A stretch of DNA of 64,000 nt from an uncultured delta proteobacterium (GTDB lineage Bacteria > Myxococcota > Kuafuiibacteriia > Kuafuiibacteriales > Kuafuiibacteriaceae), in assembly GCA_963803435.1 (NCBI GenBank), contig CAWDML010000008.1, forward strand, positions 608,001 to 672,000. Reading direction: 5' to 3'. Shown in pieces: positions 50,528 to 60,146 of this stretch (its first letter is position 1; the number at the start of each line of letters is the position of its first letter). A program made the position numbers and the translations under genes. The notes under the pieces are model-generated. The model was not told the DNA's origin and did not search any database. It saw only the letters and a list, made by a program, of their open reading frames with translations.

Positions 50528-51807
50528 CGTCCCGCTCCGATGTGCGCGTCGACATCTCCGGTGGTGGGGCGCGTCGCCAGGATCGCGGTGGTGGCTCCGG
50601 CCGCGGCGCCGACGCCGATGATCGTCCACACCCACCACTTCGCGTACCAGGGCAACGGGATCTCGGTGAGCTCCACGTGGACCTTCGTCTCCGCGCCGGC
50701 CTCGACGTAGGCGTCTTCGAAGAGCGGACGATGATCGGGCGCGCTGACCGAGAGCGAGTGCTTCCCGGCTGCGAGGTCATCGATCGCGGCGTGCGGCAGC
50801 CCGATCGCCTCACCGCCGTCGATCGAGGCGCGCGCGTCCTCGGGGTCGCTGAGGATCGCCAGCGAGCCCCGTCCCTCGACGGGTCGGCCGAGGAGGCTCC
50901 ACACGGCGAAGCGAAGCGCCGGCGCCAGAGTGCTCTCCGGCCCGCGGAACGACTCGGCGACGCGCGCCTTCACCTCCGAGTGGGCGACGTCGAAGAGCTT
51001 GAGGGAGATGACCGTCGTATCGTCGAGCTGTCCGATCGCTCCGCTCACCAGATAGTCGACGCCGAGCGCACCGCCGATCTCGATGATGCAGGCGATGTCC
51101 GACTTGCACTGGATGAGCTGCTTGTCGGCCTCGTACTTCAGCATTGTCTCGATCTCGTCGCGGCTGATCACGCTCAGGCCCTCGACCTTCTTGAGCTCGA
51201 GCGCGAGCAGCTGGGTCAGGCTCGGGCCCAGCTCCGCGCGATGGCCCTCCGCCGCGAATCCGAGCACGGCCGCCTTCGCCTCTCGCGAGCCGAGCTCGAG
51301 CCGGAAGGTCTGCTTCTGCGGTGCGCCGCCGAGCAGTCGATCGATCGCCTGGTCCACGGCTTCGACGAGCTCCGTCTCATCGTCCGTGGTCGCGCTCTCC
51401 GCGCGGTCGATGGCAGCGCTCTTGGCGTCGCTCAGCGCCAATGTGACCAGGTAGCCGGGCCCGAGCGTTCCGAGCCGGCCGGTGATCACCTTCTCGACGT
51501 CGACGATCTCGGTGAGCTTCGCCAGACAGGCATCGCTTCCCTCGCAGGCGCCCACCGACTGCTCGTCCGCTTGGTGGCCGAGCAGGATCTCGATCTCCTG
51601 CTGGCTCAGCACCGTGAGATCGGATCGCTTGCCGAGGTGTATCAGGAGCTCCTCGCTCGTGCGCTGGGCGAGGCGCTCGAGCTCAGGGGGCGCCTTCAGG
51701 GCGTAGACTGCGATGCGGGTCTTGGTCGCGGCGCTGGCATCGCCGGACCACATCAGGATCGCGAGCAGCCAGACGCAGCACCTCACGCCCCCCACCCGTG
51801 CTCTCAA
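50524..51807 (-). CDS. PEGA domain protein with two tandem TolB-N/DUF2380-like domains
   Basis: Two C-x4-C-[LI]..GxLG domains, PEGA (SDPEDARASIDG) and a PWYAKWWVW C-terminal TM. Start may be GTG ~51786. Confidence 0.8.
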   Translation of the reverse strand: MRARVGGVRCCVWLLAILMWSGDASAATKTRIAVYALKAPPELERLAQRTSEELLIHLGKRSDLTVLSQQEIEILLGHQADEQSVGACEGSDACLAKLTEIVDVEKVITGRLGTLGPGYLVTLALSDAKSAAIDRAESATTDDETELVEAVDQAIDRLLGGAPQKQTFRLELGSREAKAAVLGFAAEGHRAELGPSLTQLLALELKKVEGLSVISRDEIETMLKYEADKQLIQCKSDIACIIEIGGALGVDYLVSGAIGQLDDTTVISLKLFDVAHSEVKARVAESFRGPESTLAPALRFAVWSLLGRPVEGRGSLAILSDPEDARASIDGGEAIGLPHAAIDDLAAGKHSLSVSAPDHRPLFEDAYVEAGAETKVHVELTEIPLPWYAKWWVWTIIGVGAAAGATTAILATRPTTGDVDAHIGAGR

Positions 51808-51878
51808 GCGGGCGGATCGATCACCGCCCTCGATTTTTTTTCAAGCGGGTGAAGCGGTAAACCCGCCGGAGGGAGAGG

Positions 51879-52613
51879 TTACATCGGGGCGGTCCGGTCG
51901 AGTCGGACGCGTTCGATCGCAGCGTTGGCGGCGTGCCAGAAGTTGGACTTGAAGTCTTCCTCTGCGGACTTCTTCATGCTCGTCAGCGGGATCTCGGCGA
52001 GCCCGCGCGCGATGGAGATGGCCGGACCCCCCGCGAGCGTCTCCGAGCTGGCCGCGCTGAAGCGCGCGCTGCACTCGATCGCCTGGCGTTCGAAGTCCAC
52101 CAGGACGACCCAACCATCGAAGGCGCCCCCATCGAAGGTCTTCGCGTCGACGACCTTCGGCCATCGCTGCTCGAGCGGGATGAACACTGCGAGGTACGGA
52201 TACTTCAAGACCTTCGCTACCGTGTCGGCGATCTCGAACTTGCTCGGCGCCTTGTCGGCGGGCCCGCGGGGTGCCAGCGGCGCGAGGTCCTTCGCACGAT
52301 ACCACTCGATGCCGTGCTGGTTTTGATCGGCCTCGGTCGGATCGAACAGGGCGAGCTGGCTCATGGAGGTCGGCAGGTAGTCCAGGCGAGCGCTCCGCAT
52401 CGGCTCGGGGCAGGCCTTCTCTTCGAGGGCGAACGCAGCGACGGCCCGCCGGATCTTCTGAAGTCGCCCGGTGATCGTCGACAGGCCCTCGTCCGCGACC
52501 TTGGCCCGCGCTCGCGCGTGCGCCGCAATCTCGTCCTTGTTGAGGACGACGAGCAACACCAGGCCGACGACGGCCAGGGCCGCGAATCCGAGAAGGAGCT
52601 TGAAGATCCTCAT
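51879..52613 (-). CDS. Hypothetical TM-anchored protein
   Basis: N-terminal TM and a plausible globular remainder. Confidence 0.6.
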   Translation of the reverse strand: MRIFKLLLGFAALAVVGLVLLVVLNKDEIAAHARARAKVADEGLSTITGRLQKIRRAVAAFALEEKACPEPMRSARLDYLPTSMSQLALFDPTEADQNQHGIEWYRAKDLAPLAPRGPADKAPSKFEIADTVAKVLKYPYLAVFIPLEQRWPKVVDAKTFDGGAFDGWVVLVDFERQAIECSARFSAASSETLAGGPAISIARGLAEIPLTSMKKSAEEDFKSNFWHAANAAIERVRLDRTAPM

Positions 52614-52948
52614 CGGAGCGTCCTACGTCCAACGTCTCGGGACCTGCCGCCGCGGAGCTGTTCGTTGTAATCGAGCGCGTCCCACGCGATGACCCGATGC
52701 GCCTCACCGGCGAAGCTCAGCCCGAAGGACACGGGCGCGTAGATCGCGGACTTGCCGCCGCCCAGGGAGAGGCCCTTGGTCTCGAAGAGCGCCGACTCGA
52801 GGCTGGCGTCGCACCGGCATCTACGCCGGGCGTCGGCGCCGGCGTCGAGGACCGCACCGCGGGGGTATGCTGTCGAGCGGCTCGGATCGGCCGCTCCCCC
52901 AGTGAGAGCTTGAGCCGGAGGCGCCGGCCGTGTCACTCAGACCCCCGA

Positions 52949-54373
52949 ATGACGGAAGGCGAGATCACGGCCGCGGTGGCCCTGCTCGAGTCGCTGGCCG
53001 AAGACCCTGCGCAGCTGGCTGCGGTGCCCCGCGACCTGCGGCGGGCCTTGCTGATCGCTGCTGGCCGACTGTCGCGACCCGACGACGCTGCCCAGCGCGC
53101 GATCAACAAGGCCCATCGCAAGCGAGATCGCGCGCGCGCCCGCGCCCAGGACGAGCGACGTCTGGCCGGCACCGCGATCCGGGCGCTGCGCTCGCGCCCC
53201 GTCTTTCCCACGCCCCCGGCGCTCCCGGAGCCTCCCGGCGTCGCCACCGGCGGTGGGCTCAACGAGGCGAGGAGCTGCTACGTCTGCAAGGAGGCCTACC
53301 GCCAGGTGCACTTCCATTACGACGCGCTCTGCCCGAGCTGCGGCGACTTCAACTATCAGAAGCGGTCCGACTCGGTCCCGCTCGACGGCCGCGTCGCGCT
53401 GGTGACCGGCGGACGGGTGAAGATCGGCTATCACGCCGCCATCAGGCTCTTGCGCGCCGGCGCCGAGCTGATCGTGACCACGCGCTTCCCGCGCGATGCC
53501 GCCCGCAGGTACGCGAGCGAGCCCGACTTCGAGGACTGGAGCGAGCGCCTCCACCTCTACGGGCTCGACCTCCGTCATACTCCCAGCGTCGAGCAGCTCT
53601 GCCGCCACCTGAACGGCCGCCTGCACCGCCTCGACTTCATCCTCAACAACGCCTGCCAAACGGTGCGGCGTCCGCCCGGCTTTTATCGGCACCTGCTGGC
53701 GCTGGAGGAGGCGCCGCCCGACACCCTGTCGCGGCAGCTGCGCCGGTTGATCGACGAGCATCCGCCGATGAGCTCCGCCCGGATGAGCCAGCTTGCGCTG
53801 ATCCCGGGCGACGAGCCGAGCGTCGGCTCTTTTCCGCCGGGCGAGCTCGACGCCGATCTGCAGCAGCGCGATCTGCGCGGGCACAACAGCTGGCGGCTCA
53901 AGCTCGACGAGGTCCCCACGCTCGAGCTTCTCGAGGTCCACCTGGTCAACGCCGTCGCTCCGTTCGTGCTGAACGCCAAGCTGAAGCCGCTGATGATGAA
54001 GGTCCCGACCGCCGACAAGCACATCGTCAACGTCTCGGCGATGGAAGGTCAGTTCTATCGCGCATTCAAGACCGACAAGCACCCGCACACCAACATGGCG
54101 AAGGCCGCTCTCAACATGCTGACGCGCACCTCCGCCTCGGACTACGTTCAGGCCGGGATCCACATGAACAGCGTCGACACCGGCTGGATCACCGACGAGG
54201 ATCCGGAGCCGACCTCGAACCGCAAGGCAGAGGAGCAGGGCCGCGTCTTCCATCCGCCGCTCGACGTGATCGACGGCGCTGCGCGGATCCTCGCCCCGAT
54301 CTTCGAGGGCCTCCGCACCGGCCGCCACCTCAGCGGGCTCTTCTTCAAGAACTACCGTCCCGAGCCCTGGTAG
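52949..54373 (+). CDS. SDR oxidoreductase with N-terminal CxxC..CxxC zinc-finger
   Basis: CYVC/CPSC, TGGRVKIG, NNACQT, HPHTNMAKAALNM and VDTGW. Confidence 0.88.
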   Translation: MTEGEITAAVALLESLAEDPAQLAAVPRDLRRALLIAAGRLSRPDDAAQRAINKAHRKRDRARARAQDERRLAGTAIRALRSRPVFPTPPALPEPPGVATGGGLNEARSCYVCKEAYRQVHFHYDALCPSCGDFNYQKRSDSVPLDGRVALVTGGRVKIGYHAAIRLLRAGAELIVTTRFPRDAARRYASEPDFEDWSERLHLYGLDLRHTPSVEQLCRHLNGRLHRLDFILNNACQTVRRPPGFYRHLLALEEAPPDTLSRQLRRLIDEHPPMSSARMSQLALIPGDEPSVGSFPPGELDADLQQRDLRGHNSWRLKLDEVPTLELLEVHLVNAVAPFVLNAKLKPLMMKVPTADKHIVNVSAMEGQFYRAFKTDKHPHTNMAKAALNMLTRTSASDYVQAGIHMNSVDTGWITDEDPEPTSNRKAEEQGRVFHPPLDVIDGAARILAPIFEGLRTGRHLSGLFFKNYRPEPW

Positions 54374-54453
54374 TCGTCCACAGGTGTGTCGGAGCGAGCT
54401 ACAGCGCGAAATAAATCGGGCCGATTCTGCTCATGCCCCCCACTCAGATACCG

Positions 54454-55419
54454 ATGAAGCGAATTCCTTGGATGGCGGCGGTGTGGCTCTCTGCGTGTGG
54501 ACCGATCACCACAGAGGAGTCGACGTCGATCGATGCCTTGACGACGCGGAGTCCGGTGCCGGGCTACGTGATCACGACGCCCTTTGGAAAGGAGGGCGAC
54601 CTGTGGGCTGCCGGCTACCATACCGGTGACGACTACGCGGCGCCGAAGGGGACGCGCGTGCAGGCGACGCGCGCCGGACGCGTGGTCGGCGCGGCGTGGA
54701 ATGTCTGGGGCTCTGCGTACGGCCAGCAGGTCATCATCGATACCAACGGGATCCGCCACCTCTACGCCCATCTGTCGCGAATCTCCGTGAAGGCCGGCCA
54801 GCATGTCGAGGCGGGCCAGAAGGTCGGTGAGGTCGGCGAGACCGGCCACGCGTACGGATATCATCTGCACTACGAGGAGCGGCACAGCCCGTACGGGTAC
54901 TACGACCACCGCAAGCCGGTGTTCAATCACTCTGGCGCGGGCGGCGGCCGCGGATACAAGAACTGGATCTTCGAGACCTCGCATCGCGACGTCCGCTTCC
55001 TGCAGCGCGCGCTGGTCAGCGCCGGCTGCGACGTCGAGAACAAGTACACCGACTACTACGGCGATCAGACGAAGCGGGCCGTGGCGTGCTTCCAGCGGAA
55101 GCAGGGATGGTCCGGCAGCGATGCGGACGGAATCGTCGGGCCCGAGACCGCGAAGCGCCTGCACCTCGTGGGGAGCGTGGACGTGAGCAAGCTCCACGCG
55201 GGAGTCACCGGCGCCGAGAGCGTGCGGATCCTCCAACAGCGCATGAACGAGGTGCGGGCAGCCGGGCTGCACATCACCGGCAACTACAACGCCGCCACGC
55301 GCGAGGCGGTCGCCGCATGGCAGCGCTCGATCGGTGACTCTGGTGCTGGCGCCGATGGAAACATGGGTCCGCTCCAATCGGAGCGGCTGTTCCCCGACCA
55401 CCGCTACCAGCTTCGGTGA
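54454..55419 (+). CDS. M23 peptidase with two peptidoglycan-binding domains (lipoprotein)
   Basis: LSAC lipobox, HTGDD and HLH zinc ligands, and PG_binding_1-like repeats (VRFLQRAL..ADGIVG, VRILQQ..ADGNMG). Confidence 0.88.
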   Translation: MKRIPWMAAVWLSACGPITTEESTSIDALTTRSPVPGYVITTPFGKEGDLWAAGYHTGDDYAAPKGTRVQATRAGRVVGAAWNVWGSAYGQQVIIDTNGIRHLYAHLSRISVKAGQHVEAGQKVGEVGETGHAYGYHLHYEERHSPYGYYDHRKPVFNHSGAGGGRGYKNWIFETSHRDVRFLQRALVSAGCDVENKYTDYYGDQTKRAVACFQRKQGWSGSDADGIVGPETAKRLHLVGSVDVSKLHAGVTGAESVRILQQRMNEVRAAGLHITGNYNAATREAVAAWQRSIGDSGAGADGNMGPLQSERLFPDHRYQLR

Positions 55420-55427
55420 GGCACACC

Positions 55428-56252
55428 TCAAGCGTTGCCCGGGATCGAGATCTCCACACGCCGGTTGTTCGCGCGGCCCTCAGGCGTCGAGTTGGAGGCG
55501 ACCGGATCCCGCTCGCCGTGCCCCACGGTGTGGATGCGGTCCGCCGGCACGCCCTGCTCGATCAGGTAGCGCTTCACTGCCTCCGCACGCGCGAGCGAGA
55601 GCCGCTGATTCACAGCCGACGGACCGGTCGCGTCGGCATAGCCTGAGATCTCGATGGTGACGTCGTTACCTCTCGCCACCAGCGCCCTCGCGATCGTGTT
55701 CAGGTTGTCCCGTGCGTTCGGCATCAGCTCGCTCTCATTGCTCCTGAAGAGCAGCTCGCCTGCGACGACGACCGGCTGGCTGGCTTCTCCCTCCGCAACC
55801 TTGCCCTGCCGCTCGAGGAGATCCTTCGCGTCCTGCGCCTGCTGCTCCGCACGGATGCGGGCCTCCCGCTCCGCCTCCAGACCCGAGTCTCGGCCCGACT
55901 GCTGCCGGTCGAGCTCCGCCATCAGGTAGCTCCGGTCGGCCTGCCTCCGTCGCGCATCGGCCATCGCGATCCGAAACTTCGCAGTCGCGAGGTTCGCCAG
56001 GTGCATCTCGATGTTCGAGCCCGGGCGGACCTCGTGCTGTTTCTCGGCTCCGGCGAGGAGCTGCTCCCCACTCTCCAGGTCGGCCGGAGCGAGCTCGCCC
56101 GCCTGCGTACTTTGCGCCTCATGGTGGATGGTCCGCGCCCGGACGAGGGCCGGGCTCGGGCCGTTGCCCGCGCCGGCGCTCCGGCACCCAGCAGAGCTCC
56201 CCAGGGCGATCAGCGCACATCCCACGACGCTACTGATCCGTGCTTGGTTCAT
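55428..56252 (-). CDS. OmpA family lipoprotein with DUF4398-like N-terminus
   Basis: GYADATG..NQRLSLARAEAV and NRRVEI. Confidence 0.9.
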   Translation of the reverse strand: MNQARISSVVGCALIALGSSAGCRSAGAGNGPSPALVRARTIHHEAQSTQAGELAPADLESGEQLLAGAEKQHEVRPGSNIEMHLANLATAKFRIAMADARRRQADRSYLMAELDRQQSGRDSGLEAEREARIRAEQQAQDAKDLLERQGKVAEGEASQPVVVAGELLFRSNESELMPNARDNLNTIARALVARGNDVTIEISGYADATGPSAVNQRLSLARAEAVKRYLIEQGVPADRIHTVGHGERDPVASNSTPEGRANNRRVEISIPGNA

Positions 56253-56600
56253 GACCGTTCTCCTCCGCGCTCTCTGCGCGCTGCTCCGAGATCGCCGCCT
56301 GGGCGAGCGCCTGCGCGGTGTCGGCTTCGGCCTGGGCGCGCTCGAAGTAGAGCTGGGCCGTCGCGTAATTCTTCGGGCCGAGACCCTCGCCGATCTTCAG
56401 GTCCTGTCGGGCGCGAGCCAGCTCGACGTCGGCTTCATTCATCGCCGCGCCCGGCTTGACCACGTTCTCTGCGGATTCGATCGCAGATTTCGCTTCGATC
56501 CTGGCGCTGATCGGCGCCTCTCTCGACGATGTCGTCGCGCAGCCGCAGATCCCGAGCAGGGTCAGAGACTGAGACGCATCCAACTCGCGTGCTGCTTCAT
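56230..56600 (-). CDS. DUF4398-like lipoprotein, frameshift ~56565
   Basis: AAGGAG RBS before ATG 56600 (MKQHASWMRLSL), continuing as LTLLGICGC...RAQAEADTAQALA in another frame. Confidence 0.7.
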
Positions 56601-56663
56601 CAACAAACTCCTTCCCGCGGAGCCTGCTTCGGGCTCCGCGTCAAAGCGCATGGGCTCAGCCCG

Positions 56664-56679
56664 TGCAACGCCTGTACCG
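56664..56679 (-). promoter_or_regulatory. sigma54 promoter for the DUF4398-OmpA operon
   Basis: Minus strand reads CGGTACAGGCGTTGCA (GG-N10-GC). Confidence 0.6.
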
Positions 56680-56900
56680 GGAGCCGAGGTCCGCGGCGGT
56701 CGGCTCCCAGCGGCGCTCGCCGACGTCGTCCGGGCGATTGCGAATCGCCGAGCACGTCCACGGAAGGCCCGCTTGTTGCTGCCTCGATCGCGCATGAAGA
56801 ATGGCGGGCTTCAGCTCCGAATCCGCGATGCTGCGCGCAGGGACGGCGGACACGAGGGTCTCGGTGCGACACAAGGCTTCGACCTCCGGGGGGCCTAACG

Positions 56901-57995
56901 ATGTCGTCGGGGGCGTTCTTCAACGCCGGTCCGCTTCACCAGCTCGAGCGCCGAGCACGCATCATTCGCGACGATCGCGACGATCTGAGCCGTCAGGCTG
57001 CGTTCTTCCTGGTCGTTGCCTGGGCTCCGCTCGTCCTGCTCGCACTCCTCGACCGCGCCTTCACGGGCGTACCAGCCACGCCTCTGTTGCATCTGGACCT
57101 CCACGTGCGATGGCTGATCAGCGTACCCCTGCTCCTGCACGGTGAACGCCTGCTCGATCGAGGCATCGGGCTGTGGCTGGGCCATCTCCTCTCGACGGGC
57201 ATCATTCCCGAGCACGAGAAAGCACGCTTCGAGCGGGCCCAGGCCCGCCTGCATGCCCTCCGCGATTCGCGGATCATCGAAGGGGTGTTGCTGGTCGCGG
57301 CCGTCGCCAGCAGTCTGCCTGCGCTCTTCGTGAAGGCCAATCCGGTCCAGGTCTGGCAACACGTGGTCAGCCTCCCGCTCTACCGGTTCCTGCTGGCGCA
57401 GTTCCTGTTCGGCTGGTGCTTGTGGTGTGGCTTGCTCGTTCGCACCGCGCGCCTCGACCTCGTCTTGCTGGCCACGCATCCGGATCGTCGCTGCGGGATT
57501 CGAGGTCTGGCCAAGGTCTCCCGCGGGATGGGTCTGATCGGGTTCGCGGTCACCTCCGTGTCGGCCGCCGCCTGGGGAGGCCAGATCGCGGGCGGAACTG
57601 CGAAGCTCGCGGAGTTCCTGGACCCTGCGATCGGCTTCGCGTTCGTGATTCTCGGTCTCGCCTTCGTCCCCTTGATGGCATTTGTCCCCCTGATCGCCAG
57701 CGTGAAAGGCGATTTTCAGCGGTCATACGGCGCGCTCGTGAACACCCACGCAGTGCAGTTTCACCGGCGCTGGATTCGACCGGACGCACCCAGCCCGTTG
57801 GGCGACGCCGACATGTCGTCGTTCGCCGATCTCGACTCTGTGTTCGAGGTCGTCGACCAAACGAGACCGCTCATCTTCGGCAACCATGACGTGCTGTTCG
57901 TGCTCGTCGGGACCCTCCTCCCGATGCTTCCGCTCTACCTCACCACGCTCTCGATGCACGATGTTCTGATGAAGATGATCCAGTTCCTCACGTGA
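56901..57995 (+). CDS. Conserved hypothetical multi-pass membrane protein
   Basis: About 7 TM segments. Motifs THPDRRCG, FHRRW and LGDADMSSFADL. Confidence 0.75.
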   Translation: MSSGAFFNAGPLHQLERRARIIRDDRDDLSRQAAFFLVVAWAPLVLLALLDRAFTGVPATPLLHLDLHVRWLISVPLLLHGERLLDRGIGLWLGHLLSTGIIPEHEKARFERAQARLHALRDSRIIEGVLLVAAVASSLPALFVKANPVQVWQHVVSLPLYRFLLAQFLFGWCLWCGLLVRTARLDLVLLATHPDRRCGIRGLAKVSRGMGLIGFAVTSVSAAAWGGQIAGGTAKLAEFLDPAIGFAFVILGLAFVPLMAFVPLIASVKGDFQRSYGALVNTHAVQFHRRWIRPDAPSPLGDADMSSFADLDSVFEVVDQTRPLIFGNHDVLFVLVGTLLPMLPLYLTTLSMHDVLMKMIQFLT

Positions 57996-58090
57996 GCTCG
58001 ATGGTCCGCGGCGCCCGTCCGGTGACCGACAAAAGACTCTTAACCGACCCTGAACAATCATCCCGCCCTCCCGGCCGACAATGATCGCCG

Positions 58091-58735
58091 ATGGCGGTCG
58101 CGGATCCGAACGTCCGTGTGGGAGGCGGGGTTCGCCTCGGCGCTTCTTTCTTCACGAACGAGCAGCTCCTGACGGCCGATCCGATCGCCGACCTGGCGTT
58201 CGCCGGCGGGGATCGGATCCTCGCACTCACCGCTGCCGGCGCGTCGCTCTTCGACACCGCCTCGGGGCTCTGCCTCGGCGAGGCACGGTTCCCCGAGCGG
58301 CCAAGCTTCGGGGTTCGATGCGCGGTCAGCGGCGCCCGCGGCGTCGTGGCGCTGGACGGTGGCTCGAATCTACCACCTCGAGATCGGACGGACCTCGATC
58401 GAGCTCCGGATCCTCCGAGAGCTCGCCGAGAAGGCGTACGACCTCGAGGTCGCGATCGCTGGCGAGCGCATCGTGGTGGCCGACCCTGCCCGGGTGAACG
58501 TCTTCCAGCTCGACGGCTCGCTCCTCTGCATCGAGGGCGGAATGGTCGAGACGATCGTCGACGTCGCGCGGGCGCGACGGCCTTCGACCTCGACGAGAAG
58601 GGGCGAGGCTCGATCGCATTCGGGTGCCGCTCGATCCGTGCCCTGGAGATCCCATCGCTCCGCCGGTTCGGCGTCAACGCGCGCGAGCGGGGACTCGTGA
58701 GCGATGGCAGGGCCGGCGACGGTCGCCAGCGGTAG
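58091..58735 (+). pseudogene. Frameshifted or truncated beta-propeller-like protein
   Basis: Coding-like beta-rich sequence switches frame at ~58358 and back at ~58570. Confidence 0.4.
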
Positions 58736-58739
58736 AGGC

Positions 58740-59186
58740 TCAGCGACGGCGCTTTCGCCCCGAGGGCCGCGCGCGGAGCCGGTGGGCGGGGATCGTGCCC
58801 TCCGGCGCGGGCCCGTCGATCGGGAGCGGCAGCTTTCGCTCGCTCGATCCGGTGTACTTCTGTGCCTGCGTGATCAGATCCTGGAGATCGCCCGGCGCCG
58901 AGTCGTTCGCGAACAGGCGGGGTCCGACGGCGCCGAGCACGGCGAACAGTCGCCCGGCGGCCGTGTGAGCGCCCTGCGCTCGCTCCAGATCGGTCGCGAG
59001 ATGGAAGAGCCCGAGCATCGCGGCGGGCAGTTTCGGATCGTCCTTCTCGTGCAGCAACGCGCGCTCGATGATCGAGGCGCCCTCGTCGTCGAGGCGCCAG
59101 CGCTCCTCGGCGTCCGGTTGGAGCATTCGGCACGCAATCTCGACCAACGGATGATCGAGGTTCGCCTCGGGCGTCGGCGTCGTCAT
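58740..59186 (-). CDS. Hypothetical helical protein
   Basis: ATG 59186 overlaps the upstream stop (ATGA). Plausible composition. Confidence 0.6.
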   Translation of the reverse strand: MTTPTPEANLDHPLVEIACRMLQPDAEERWRLDDEGASIIERALLHEKDDPKLPAAMLGLFHLATDLERAQGAHTAAGRLFAVLGAVGPRLFANDSAPGDLQDLITQAQKYTGSSERKLPLPIDGPAPEGTIPAHRLRARPSGRKRRR

Positions 59187-59704
59187 TCTCCGACGACCTT
59201 CTTCCCTTCGATCGGTCGCCCATCGACGCCGACGAGACGCTCGCCTCCGCCCGGCCGCCCCACCACGTCGCTGGGCGTGGTCTGTGCGCCGTCCCAATAG
59301 GCCTTGGTCGTCTTCGCGTACGTGACCTCGGCCTTGCCGATGTCCGCCGCCAGCTGGCGGTACTGCTGGCTGAGCCGCGTGTTGCTCGCGTCCGCCTCCC
59401 GCTCCGAGAGGTCGAGGTAGTGCTGCGCGGTCAGCTTGAGCGCATCGACCACGTCGTTCGCGTGATAGTGTTTGTCTTGGCTGACGCGGAAGCCGCCGTC
59501 GTACGCGACGCGCTCCGCGACGCCGGGGTCGTCGCCGTTGACCAGGCTGTCGAGGATGCGCTGCGCGTCCGCGCTCGCGTCCAGCTTCCGAGGATGGGTG
59601 GATGGGCTGTAGTCGAGGTGCGTCGCGACGCTCTGCGGCTGAAACTGACGGCTCACGGATCCGGGTACGCGTGCAGGCGGTGGCATCGAAACGACGATAG
59701 GCAT
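59183..59704 (-). CDS. Hypothetical protein
   Basis: Plausible codon usage and composition. Coupled to the downstream gene. Confidence 0.6.
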   Translation of the reverse strand: MPIVVSMPPPARVPGSVSRQFQPQSVATHLDYSPSTHPRKLDASADAQRILDSLVNGDDPGVAERVAYDGGFRVSQDKHYHANDVVDALKLTAQHYLDLSEREADASNTRLSQQYRQLAADIGKAEVTYAKTTKAYWDGAQTTPSDVVGRPGGGERLVGVDGRPIEGKKVVGE

Positions 59705-60117
59705 CTTGCCCGGTGGCGTCCATCGCTTTTGCCCTCCCGACTCGACGCACGCCGGTGGCCCCGCCCTTTCAACCATCGAGGATGCCGTCGAGCATGTAGA
59801 AGCGGTGAGGGAAGAGCGACCTCAGCTCGGCTCCGGCGCGCCCATCCATCGCGTAATACGGGCTGCGAAGGCCGACAGCATCAGCTCGCGCCCTTCGGGT
59901 GACGCGTAGCCGATCAGCTCGCGCAGGTGCGGACCGGGAGCGGGCTGATCCCGAGGCCCTCGGAGAACGCGGGGAGAGCTGGGAGACGAGCGGCCGGAGG
60001 ATGCGGCGCGATCGATGTCGGTCGAGGTGCTCGGTGCGCCCACGAGCGGCGCTGGCGACCGTCGTCAACCCCCCCGACACTCGACCGCCGTGGTCGCGAT
60101 GCCGTTGAAGGCACTGT

Positions 60118-60133
60118 TGGTCCCCTGCTTGCA
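60118..60133 (+). promoter_or_regulatory. sigma54 promoter
   Basis: TGGTCCCCTGCTTGCA (GG-N10-GC), 13 bp before the OmpA gene ATG. Confidence 0.55.
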
Positions 60134-60146
60134 CTGAGCCCAGAGC

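Noticed and set aside
52610-52936. Short minus-strand ORF coupled to the 52613 gene
   Set aside because: Only the C-terminal part looks coding, and no family or convincing start is recognisable. It may be another remnant and was not annotated.
9041-56600. Programmed ribosomal frameshifting or phase variation as the cause of split genes
   Set aside because: There are no slippery heptamers or long homopolymer/SSR tracts at the junctions, and the affected genes are functionally unrelated. Sequencing error is more parsimonious.
58049-58066. Possible second LexA box (CCTGAACAATCAT)
   Set aside because: Only the CTGAAC half matches, and no repair gene is adjacent.
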